NCBI GenBank assembly: GCA_043809245.1
Contig: JAZDDZ010000037.1
Coordinates: 1-16,822 of the forward strand
DNA from: Candidatus Iainarchaeum sp.
GTDB lineage: Archaea > Iainarchaeota > Iainarchaeia > Iainarchaeales > JAZDDZ01
Length of the DNA stretch: 16,822 nucleotides
Direction of reading: 5' to 3'
Part shown: one piece after another, positions 7,863 to 15,016 of the stretch
How the letters are laid out: each line of letters opens with the position of its first letter
How positions within the stretch are numbered: position 1 is the stretch's first letter
The notes under the pieces: generated by a model
Told to the model about the DNA's origin: nothing
The model's input: the letters and a program-made list of their open reading frames with translations, nothing else
The model's database searches: none
Program-made: the position numbers and the translations under genes

Positions 7863-8831
7863 TTATTCAACCACCGAAACAAAACCCGAGTAGACATCAA
7901 CCCTGTTCTTGATTAACCCTTTTTCAAAGAGGAAATCGGCTTTTTTCTGAAGGTCAGCCATTTCATTTTCGCCAACGGATGCATTCAAGTCCATTTCAGG
8001 CCATGCTTCCCTGACCACAGCCAGCGGCAACCCTATTTCATCCGCAACAATTCGCTGCGATTCCTCTTCGTTCTCCAAAACCCAAATTTTTGCTTTATTT
8101 ATTGCCTGCACGAGGTCTTTTGTAAGCGCGGGATTTTCCTCGACAAACTTTTCCCGCCCAACAATAAAAACTTGGATGAAATAACCGCTGTTTACCGCGC
8201 GCCCTTTGCCTGAAAGTATCTGCTGTTCAATCCAGGGCGGCCAAACAGCCCAAGCGTCTATTTTGCCTGTTTCAAACGCAACCCTTGCATCGGCTGGAGC
8301 CATGTCAAACATTTGGATGTCTTGCTCCAACAAGCCGTTTTCCTTCAAAAGCATTGAAACCACATAGTGCGAGCTTGTCCCCGACAGTACAGCCAGTTTT
8401 TTCCCCTTAAAGTCTTTTGCAGAAGCGATGCCGCTGCCAACCGGCACAACTATTTCCGAGACATAGGTTACGAGCAAATCTTTTATCACCACCTCAGCAC
8501 CTATGGCTTTCCCAGTTATGGCTGGGGGGTCGGCTTCAACGACAAAATCAAGTTTGCCTGTTGCAAAAGCCTCGTTTATTGCAGGCAGCGTTTCAAACAC
8601 CTTGTATTCCGTGGTTGCGCCGTGTTTTGCCGCTGCTTCGCCAAGCCAGCCCTTGTTTTTTGCAACAAGGTAAGGTGCCTGAGCAACCGATTTGGAAAAC
8701 GTGCCCATTGTTATTTTCTTCGGGGCATCAGGCTTTTGCAATGAAAAAAAGGCAAAAGCAAGCCCGACGATTATTAATACCACTAAAGCCGCGAACAGCA
8801 GCCTTGCCTGTCTACCGTTAAAAATACCCAT
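7863..8831 (-). CDS. ABC transporter substrate-binding protein, SsuA/TauA/NMT1-like, with N-terminal membrane anchor
   Basis: Motifs 'DFKGKKLAV-x-x-GTSSHY' and 'AFETGKIDAWAVWPPW', with an N-terminal hydrophobic helix. Strong SD GGAGGTGG (8848-8841) precedes ATG 8831. Confidence 0.88.
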   Translation of the reverse strand: MGIFNGRQARLLFAALVVLIIVGLAFAFFSLQKPDAPKKITMGTFSKSVAQAPYLVAKNKGWLGEAAAKHGATTEYKVFETLPAINEAFATGKLDFVVEADPPAITGKAIGAEVVIKDLLVTYVSEIVVPVGSGIASAKDFKGKKLAVLSGTSSHYVVSMLLKENGLLEQDIQMFDMAPADARVAFETGKIDAWAVWPPWIEQQILSGKGRAVNSGYFIQVFIVGREKFVEENPALTKDLVQAINKAKIWVLENEEESQRIVADEIGLPLAVVREAWPEMDLNASVGENEMADLQKKADFLFEKGLIKNRVDVYSGFVSVVE

Positions 8832-8838
8832 AACTTGA

Positions 8839-8907
8839 ATCCACCTCCAAAAAAATGGATGCCTGCCGCGCCCACCATGCAGCGGGTCTACATAATTGGC
8901 GCAGACC
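8839..8907 (-). promoter_or_regulatory. Putative structured 5' leader of the ABC operon (alternative hairpins, U7 tract, anti-SD stem)
   Basis: Base pairings traced by eye on the mRNA strand (see findings). No match to a riboswitch consensus I recognise. Confidence 0.4.
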
Positions 8908-8924
8908 ATGCTCTTAACCATTAC

Positions 8925-8942
8925 CTCCCCCTGCAGGGGGAG
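8925..8942. promoter_or_regulatory. Perfect 18-bp palindrome CTCCCCCTGCAGGGGGAG, candidate operator of the adjacent TrmB-like regulator
   Basis: Exact dyad symmetry, located between divergent genes and 13 nt from the TTTAAA box at 8956-8961. Confidence 0.6.
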
Positions 8943-8948
8943 AAAAAA

Positions 8949-8963
8949 CGAAAGATTTAAATT
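8949..8963 (+). promoter_or_regulatory. BRE/TATA promoter (CGAAAGA-TTTAAA) of the TrmB-like gene, possibly bidirectional
   Basis: Purine-rich BRE followed by TTTAAA at 8956-8961, about 26 nt before ATG 8987 (leaderless spacing). Confidence 0.6.
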
Positions 8964-8986
8964 ATCATTAATGCATTTGTTTATTC

Positions 8987-10171
8987 ATGGATGAACTTCA
9001 GTTGGAAAGGATTGGGCTCACAAAGTCCGAGGCGAAAGTTTACCTTGCATTGCTTGAGCTCGGCAGCTCCTCCACGGGAAAAATAGTTGAAAAGTCCGGC
9101 GTGCAGTCCTCAAAAATTTATGAAATCCTTGAAAAGCTCATGCAGAAGGGCCTCGCGAGCTTCGTGGTGAAATCAAACGTGAAATTCTTTGAAGCCGCGG
9201 CACCCGTTAAACTAATGGATTACCTCAACGGCAAGGAAAAGGAAATTCTCAGGGAAAAAAAAGAAATCCAGAAAATCATCCCGCGGCTGGAATCCAAAAG
9301 GAATGCGCCAAAATACAGGTCTGAAGCGACAATTTTCAAGGGATTGGAGGGATTGAAAACTGCATTTTATGGTTCCGTTGAATTGATGACTGCAGGGGAA
9401 GAGGTCCTCGCTTACTCAATCCCCAAGATGAGCGATCCCGCTGGCAGGGTTTTTTTGAAAACCAACCAGAAAATGGCTGAAAAAAAGGTCAGGGCGCGCT
9501 ATATTTTCAGCGAAAACGCAATGGCTGAATCAAAACAATTCCTGAAAGCCAATGCCCTTGCAAAGGCAAAATATGCCCCGCAGGAAACCCCTTCAATTAC
9601 ATTCATTTTCAAGGACCGCGTGCTTATTTTTTCCGAGGCAAGGGAGCCATTGCTTATTGCAATTGACGACAGGGAAATAGCGGAATCATTCAGGACACAG
9701 TTTGAGGTGCTCTGGAACCAGGACGTCAAGACAACCAAGGGGCTTGCGGAAGTGCACAGGGCATGGGACATCATGCTGGATGAATTAAACGCGGGCGAGG
9801 AATACTGCGTTCTCGGCGCGGCATATTATGCATCTGAATTTTCTTGGGCGGGCAGCAAAAAGAGCGCGTTTGACTGGTTTATTGATTTCCACAAAAAACG
9901 GGTCCAAAAAAAAGTTAATGTAAAATTTTTGTTTGTCAAAGCAATAAAAGAATTTGTCAAAAAGCAAAGGGAAACATATTATAATCTCTCTAAAGTAAGG
10001 TTTCTCCCCCACAGCATTTATGAAGGAATGCAAATAAACCTCTACAAAAACAAGGTATTGATTTTCATCTGGCGGGAAAAAGAGCCCATTGTTTTCACAA
10101 TAGAGGACAAGAAAGCTTTCATTGCTTTCAAGACCTATTTTGACGCTCTTTGGAGGCAGGCGAAACCGTAA
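8987..10171 (+). CDS. TrmB-family transcriptional regulator with tandem-duplicated C-terminal effector domains
   Basis: N-terminal wHTH 'GLTKSEAKVYLALLELG...SKIYEILEKLMQKGL' followed by two homologous units (aa ~113-245 and ~246-394), ending in 'FRTQFEVLW' and 'FKTYFDALW' respectively. Confidence 0.88.
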   Translation: MDELQLERIGLTKSEAKVYLALLELGSSSTGKIVEKSGVQSSKIYEILEKLMQKGLASFVVKSNVKFFEAAAPVKLMDYLNGKEKEILREKKEIQKIIPRLESKRNAPKYRSEATIFKGLEGLKTAFYGSVELMTAGEEVLAYSIPKMSDPAGRVFLKTNQKMAEKKVRARYIFSENAMAESKQFLKANALAKAKYAPQETPSITFIFKDRVLIFSEAREPLLIAIDDREIAESFRTQFEVLWNQDVKTTKGLAEVHRAWDIMLDELNAGEEYCVLGAAYYASEFSWAGSKKSAFDWFIDFHKKRVQKKVNVKFLFVKAIKEFVKKQRETYYNLSKVRFLPHSIYEGMQINLYKNKVLIFIWREKEPIVFTIEDKKAFIAFKTYFDALWRQAKP

Positions 10172-10182
10172 AATTAACCTGC

Positions 10183-11316
10183 CTAAACTTCAAACTTCTC
10201 CCTCACCCAGTGGATGATTTTTCCAAATTTTCTTGTTCTGGATTTTATTGCCTTTGGCTTGCATAGCTCCCTGCAGCCATAGCATTGAATGCATTTGGAT
10301 TCAATTAGTTTTGGAAAGCGCTTGACTTCAAATGCCTTTGAAGGGCAATAGTTCACGCACTCCATGCAGTTCGTGCACTTGGTTTCGTCAACGAACAATT
10401 GCGGGGAAAGCATTGCCACAAAAAATTGCCTGAGAAAAGCGGGAACGCTGTTGCTTACAATAGTTGAAGGCGGGCGAAAGGAATGCATGAATTGCTCTGG
10501 CTTCAGCGCGGAAAAAACAATTCTGCTTAAATCCGCTTCACCTAACCCCCTTCCAGCGGCTTCCATGCTTAAGCCTTCCTTTAAGCCTGAAATGGAAGCC
10601 ATTGCCGAATCAAGTGCTACTCCGTCATCGGATGCCGCAATCAAACCCATTTTAACTTTCCCGCCTCTTGTCGGGCCATTTCCATCCATCGCCTCAATTG
10701 CATCAGCCAAAACCAAGTCAGGTTTTCTAATGGAAAAAACATCTACTAAGAATTCGTGGAATTCCAGCCGTTTTAGTGAATGCCCTTGCTTTCTTGTTTT
10801 CATTGGAATAAAAGCAAAGGAATTTTTTATCGCGCAGGTCATTATCGCGTCAAGGTGCGTTTTCAATTTCGGCAGGGAAATAATCCTGTCTGCTTCAAGC
10901 ACAGGCAATGCAACAAATGCCTCGGAAAGCCTTTTTCCCTTGACCTTCACTTTTTTGAAGCCGGCTGTTTCAAAAGGAATTAATTCAATGGCTTCCTCTT
11001 CAGCCAATGCCTTCAAGCCGCTTGCCTTAAAGTTTTCCGCAGTTGAGCGCCTTTCGTCAAGCCAGGACATTTCGCCAATGAATGGAATTGCGCCGGCTTC
11101 CTTTACGAGCTGAATTACCGCTTTCACTACCGCTGGATGCGTTGTCACTGCGGCTTCAGGCGCATAAGGCCCCAAAACATTGGGTTTTAGGAGCACTCTT
11201 TCCCCTTTCCGCACAAACTTTTCAATGCCGCCAAGGGAATCAATTGCCTGCCTTAAGGCTTCATTTACTGCATTAAAGCCGTAACCATTGCATTCAATCA
11301 GGGCAACTTTAGCCAT
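10183..11316 (-). CDS. DUF362 iron-sulfur protein with C-terminal 2[4Fe-4S] ferredoxin domain
   Basis: Motifs 'VLLKPN', 'TTHP', 'ISLPKLKTH', 'KN', 'MDGNGP', 'VALD', and two CxxCxxCxxxC motifs (CTNCMECVNYC, CIQCYGCRELC). ATG 11316 preferred over TTG 11325. Confidence 0.9.
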   Translation of the reverse strand: MAKVALIECNGYGFNAVNEALRQAIDSLGGIEKFVRKGERVLLKPNVLGPYAPEAAVTTHPAVVKAVIQLVKEAGAIPFIGEMSWLDERRSTAENFKASGLKALAEEEAIELIPFETAGFKKVKVKGKRLSEAFVALPVLEADRIISLPKLKTHLDAIMTCAIKNSFAFIPMKTRKQGHSLKRLEFHEFLVDVFSIRKPDLVLADAIEAMDGNGPTRGGKVKMGLIAASDDGVALDSAMASISGLKEGLSMEAAGRGLGEADLSRIVFSALKPEQFMHSFRPPSTIVSNSVPAFLRQFFVAMLSPQLFVDETKCTNCMECVNYCPSKAFEVKRFPKLIESKCIQCYGCRELCKPKAIKSRTRKFGKIIHWVREKFEV

Positions 11317-11362
11317 TAAAACCAAAAGAATTAGGCAAAGAAACAGATTTTAATTATTAGGT

Positions 11363-11379
11363 AAAAAAAGGAAAAAAAA
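11363..11379 (-). terminator. Oligo-T archaeal-type terminator downstream of the acidic micro-ORF
   Basis: Two T tracts (T8, T7) on the minus strand about 20-40 nt after the stop at 11401. Confidence 0.45.
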
Positions 11380-11400
11380 GCTTAGAGCAAGGGAAACCCC

Positions 11401-11481
11401 TTACTCTGAGTCTTCATCGTCAGTCGCAGCTTCGCTGTCGTCATCCCAGTTATCGTCGTCCTCGAATTTGAAGCACTTCAT
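11401..11481 (-). CDS. 26-aa highly acidic small protein MKCFKFEDDDNWDDDSEAATDDEDSE
   Basis: SD AGGAGG (11493-11488) sits 6 nt before the ATG, with a TATA box GGTTTAAATA (core 11541-11536) upstream and T tracts downstream. Its GC content is higher than the flanking intergenic DNA. Confidence 0.65.
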   Translation of the reverse strand: MKCFKFEDDDNWDDDSEAATDDEDSE

Positions 11482-11622
11482 AAAAGCCCTCCTATATAAA
11501 AAAATGTATAAATCAAGTTTTGATTGCATAAAGTATTTAAACCTACCTAACACAAAGGGAAAAGGCGGGAAATAAATTAATTGCCCCGAAATAATCATTT
11601 AAAGGGCCCGTGTTTGATTAGC

Positions 11623-11697
11623 GGGGGAGTGGTCTAGCCCGGTTATGATACGACCTTCACACGGTCGGGATCGCAGGTTCGAATCCTGCCTCCCCCA
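11623..11697 (+). tRNA. tRNA-Val(CAC)
   Basis: Acceptor stem GGGGGAG/CTCCCCC with discriminator A. Anticodon arm CGACC-TT-CAC-AC-GGTCG, T arm GCAGG-TTCGAAT-CCTGC. No CCA. TTTAAA at 11598-11603 and a T-rich tract downstream. Confidence 0.95.
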
Positions 11698-11747
11698 TTT
11701 GCTTTTCTTTTAAAAAACGTTGCGTGCACTAGTTCTTTGGTGGGGAA

Positions 11748-12461
11748 ATGGCTGAAGGTAATGGCGCGGTTTCATTGAAGGCCGCAAAAATAGAGAAGGA
11801 ATTGTATCGCGCTAAAAATTTGATTGACTCGTTCAACGAGCTAAATTCATCGCTTTCCGCAATTTTTTTGGAAATAGAGGCGTTAAAGGATGAAACGCGG
11901 AGCACTTCGGGCGCGGAGGAATTCAAGCGCGCGTTAAAGGAAAAAAACCTGTTAAAGCTTTACAGTGATTTCAGCGAAAAGCTCAAGGCACTGAAAAGCG
12001 AGGTAAATGCAGCGGAGGAAAAAAGCGCTTCTTTCGCGCCGTTCATTGAAAGCTTCAGGACAACGCAGTTATTTGAATTCGTTTCCGAAAAAAAGGCTTT
12101 GGAATTCATTGAACAGCTTTTCACTGTATTCGATTCAGAAGAGGTTTTATACAAGCCCGAATACATCGGCGCATTCAGCCTGCAGAACTTTGAAAAAGAC
12201 CTTGAAGGGGCGAAGAGGAAGGGAAAAGAATTCATCAGCATTCCAACCGAAAAAATACCGCAACTGGTTGAATTCCTCAGGCAAAACAAGCTCGCGAACA
12301 ATTTTTTCCTCAGCAACCCGTTTGTCAAACTGCAGTGGAAGCACCTGAAATACGTTCTGGTTGAATCAGAGCCAGCAAAAATAAAGCGCGCTGAAAGATT
12401 GTTCAAGGAAATGCAGGAACCAAGTGAAGCGCAGAAAACAATTGCGGAAACAATTGTGTAA
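11748..12461 (+). CDS. Hypothetical protein, charged helical/coiled-coil N-terminus
   Basis: 237-aa ORF with SD-like GGTGGGG and codon usage like neighbouring genes. No motif recognised. Confidence 0.75.
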   Translation: MAEGNGAVSLKAAKIEKELYRAKNLIDSFNELNSSLSAIFLEIEALKDETRSTSGAEEFKRALKEKNLLKLYSDFSEKLKALKSEVNAAEEKSASFAPFIESFRTTQLFEFVSEKKALEFIEQLFTVFDSEEVLYKPEYIGAFSLQNFEKDLEGAKRKGKEFISIPTEKIPQLVEFLRQNKLANNFFLSNPFVKLQWKHLKYVLVESEPAKIKRAERLFKEMQEPSEAQKTIAETIV

Positions 12462-12471
12462 AAATACCGGT

Positions 12472-14994
12472 TCAGGAACTGAACTGCAGTGCTCCTGTGG
12501 AGTTGCTGTTTGCGGTTTTATTCTGCGTTGCCCCTGTTGTTGTGTTCTCTATTTTAATGTCATACGCCTTGCTTGCCTGCAGTCCATTGACTGTGTTGTT
12601 AACTGTTGTCGTTGCATTGAACTGATAAATTAAGTTTTGCTGTGAACAGGAATTGATTGTTCCGCCCGCCAAAGAAATTGTGCAGGGCGTTGAAACATTT
12701 ACCGTGCACTGCACTGCGGGTGTGCAGCTTGTTGTTTGCCAGGAGCCGTTACAGCAGTAGCCTGAATTGACAATTCCTGTGCATAAATTGTTTGTTGCAT
12801 TGCAGTCTGAGTTTGGCGTGCTTGTTCCACAATAACAGGCGCCAATGTTTTCAGGGGTGATTTGCACCCCATTTGGGCAGGGTTCTGGGCCGATGTAATT
12901 TGTGGAAACTTTTACATCATCCCACCACATGGATTTTTCTTCAGGGGAACTCCATGGAACGCCAGTAGGTCCGGGAGGATAAACAATGTTGTCCCCTATG
13001 TTAATGCTATTAATGTGTGTATCTGATGACCTAAGAAAAACACTATCACTGTGAAGGACCTTTTCACCATTGATCCAAGAAGTTAAAACGCCATTACTTT
13101 TCCCAAGATCATTTAATTTAATATAAATTTCTAAAGAAATCCATTTTCCCGGGCCATAATCATACCAGGTAACCTCAGGATTTGAATAAACTGTAGGCGT
13201 AACGAATTGAATAGGATAAATTGCATAAACCATTCTATTCCATTGAAATGATATTATAATATCATCTGGATCGCATACAAAGCAGGCTGAACCTTCTGGT
13301 GTCCATCTTATTCGAGCCAGCTTCTGCTCGTTTTGCACGGGCCACCAACTCCAAGTGGGGTCGTACTTGATATACCATCTGAAAAATAATTCATCTTTGG
13401 TTTTATCTGGGAGAAACCCTGTAATGCCCGCGGCAGGATTAACTCTGCCCTCAATGTGGCCGATTACACAACCACTGTCATTTCGCCCCTGCGAAGAAAT
13501 AACTTGTGTGTCCGGCAAGCCGTATTCATTCCAATCAGTCAAACTACACCACTCGCTTCCTGCAGGCCTGCATGCGGATATGCTGCTGTTTGGGTTGCAT
13601 AAAACCAATGGGTCATTGGGAACCGCGTCATTCCATCCCTCAAAATTATCCTGAAAAATAACTCCCGCGCCTGGCAAAGAACAGCTTTGTGTTTCCGCTG
13701 GCTTGTAAACAGTCGTTCCGCAGTTGTTTGTGTCAGTGCAGGTTCTTGTCTGAGTTCCTCCAGAGCATGAACTCCATTGCGCGCAGTTCCAGTTTTCCGT
13801 GCAGGTTATGCAGGGCGTGTCACTTCCGTCGCAGTTTTGGTCAATGCCGTCACCACATATTTCCGTTTGAGGCAGCGGAGCAATGCAGGAACCCCATGCT
13901 CCGTTTGCACAAGTTTGCTGCCCTGTTGAACATACTCCCTGCAATCCAGTGGAACAGTTTTGTGTTTGTCCGTTAGTGCAGCTGGAGGAAGGGCTCCATA
14001 CCCCGTTGTTGCAGTAACCAGAATCAACTATGCCAGCGCACAAGCCATTGGTTGAATTGCAGTCAGGGTTTGGTGTTGAGGTTCCGCAGTAGCATGTTCC
14101 AACGTTTTCTGGAGTGATTTGCACTCCGTTCTGGCAGGGTTCCGGGCCATTGAAACTGGTTGAAACTTTGACGTCATCAAACCAGATTTGTTTTTCTTCG
14201 GGTGGAAGCCAGGGCACGCCAGAGCTTCCTGCTGCGTTGGTGTAGATTATGTTGTCGCCCATTGTGAAATTAGTGAAGTTGTAATTGCTGTTTCTTATAA
14301 CCACTCCTTCTTTGTGCAATACTTTTTTTCCGTTAATCCAGGATGTTAGGGTTCCGTTGCTTTGCCCTGCCGTGTTAAGTTTTACATATACTTCGATTAG
14401 TATCCATTTGCCCGGGCCATAATCATAATAGGAGGCTGAAGTATCGGAATAGACAGAATCTGATGTAACGCTCGGCCATATTCTATAACGCATTTCACCC
14501 CACGTCCATTCAGGTATAAGGTGAGTATCGAGGTTAAGGCAAGTTGAGTTTTCCGGGCCTAATATGAGCCTAGCTATTTTATGGCAGCCTTGATTAGCCC
14601 ACCAGCTCCATGTTTCATCATATTTCATGTACCATCTGAAGTATAACTCGTCGTGTGTTTTGTCGGGCAGTAGGCTTATAACGCCCACTGCTGGCTGGAC
14701 TCTTGATTCAACATTGCCTTCGACACTTGCGCTGTTGTATCTTCCTTTTGATGAGATTACCTGTGTGTCCGGCAATCCGTACTCGTTCCATTGCTGTGAA
14801 GAGCACCATTTTCCGTTTGAAGCGGAGGAAATGCTTCCGTTTGCCGGGCTCCAGATTAAAGAACTGTCGTTTGGCGCCGCGTCATTCCATCCCTCAAAAT
14901 CATCCTGAAAGATGATTCCCGCACTCGCCAAAGTTGAGTGGATAAGTAAAGCAAAAAAAAATACTGCTAATACAATTGCTGCTTTTTCTTTCAT
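12472..14994 (-). CDS. Secreted/surface protein with two polysaccharide-lyase/LamG-like jelly-roll domains, Cys-rich linkers, a putative metal-binding motif and a TSP1-like repeat
   Basis: Signal peptide (…TLASA|G). Two copies of 'IFQDxFEG…ELxFRWYxKYD…GKWIxxExYxKLN…NGxLTSWING…WxDDVKVST'. Linker contains 'EICGDGIDQNCDGSD' and 'CTENWNCAQWSSCSGGTQTRTCTD'. Many N-x-S/T sequons. Confidence 0.8.
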   Translation of the reverse strand: MKEKAAIVLAVFFFALLIHSTLASAGIIFQDDFEGWNDAAPNDSSLIWSPANGSISSASNGKWCSSQQWNEYGLPDTQVISSKGRYNSASVEGNVESRVQPAVGVISLLPDKTHDELYFRWYMKYDETWSWWANQGCHKIARLILGPENSTCLNLDTHLIPEWTWGEMRYRIWPSVTSDSVYSDTSASYYDYGPGKWILIEVYVKLNTAGQSNGTLTSWINGKKVLHKEGVVIRNSNYNFTNFTMGDNIIYTNAAGSSGVPWLPPEEKQIWFDDVKVSTSFNGPEPCQNGVQITPENVGTCYCGTSTPNPDCNSTNGLCAGIVDSGYCNNGVWSPSSSCTNGQTQNCSTGLQGVCSTGQQTCANGAWGSCIAPLPQTEICGDGIDQNCDGSDTPCITCTENWNCAQWSSCSGGTQTRTCTDTNNCGTTVYKPAETQSCSLPGAGVIFQDNFEGWNDAVPNDPLVLCNPNSSISACRPAGSEWCSLTDWNEYGLPDTQVISSQGRNDSGCVIGHIEGRVNPAAGITGFLPDKTKDELFFRWYIKYDPTWSWWPVQNEQKLARIRWTPEGSACFVCDPDDIIISFQWNRMVYAIYPIQFVTPTVYSNPEVTWYDYGPGKWISLEIYIKLNDLGKSNGVLTSWINGEKVLHSDSVFLRSSDTHINSINIGDNIVYPPGPTGVPWSSPEEKSMWWDDVKVSTNYIGPEPCPNGVQITPENIGACYCGTSTPNSDCNATNNLCTGIVNSGYCCNGSWQTTSCTPAVQCTVNVSTPCTISLAGGTINSCSQQNLIYQFNATTTVNNTVNGLQASKAYDIKIENTTTGATQNKTANSNSTGALQFSS
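12739..13665 (-). repeat. Intragenic duplication, copy 2 (~309 codons)
   Basis: Shares near-identical nucleotide blocks with copy 1, e.g. GTCATTCCATCCCTCAAAAT, TGTGTGTCCGGCAA, GGGCCATAATCATA. Confidence 0.85.
13996..14919 (-). repeat. Intragenic duplication, copy 1 (~308 codons)
   Basis: Colinear with 12739..13665 from 'GIIFQDDFEGWND' to 'GYCNNGVW'. Confidence 0.85.
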
Positions 14995-15016
14995 TATCCT
15001 TCATTCCCCGTTTTTT

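Noticed and set aside
8840-8942. TPP, fluoride or guanidine riboswitch
   Set aside because: Only fragments resemble them (GGGG…ACCCG, GGUAAUGG). The CUGAGA/P4-P5 core of TPP, the fluoride pseudoknot and ACGR loops are absent.
8925-8942. Palindrome arms identical to the tRNA-Val acceptor stem (GGGGGAG/CTCCCCC)
   Set aside because: A 7-nt low-complexity match with no other tRNA elements, so coincidence is likely.
10364-11113. 249-aa plus-strand ORF and other overlapping ORFs in the track
   Set aside because: Antisense or alternative-frame shadows of well-supported genes, without motifs or start signals.
12739-14919. DGR template/variable-repeat pair
   Set aside because: Differences between the two copies involve all four bases, not only adenines. 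Both copies are coding, and no reverse transcriptase is present.
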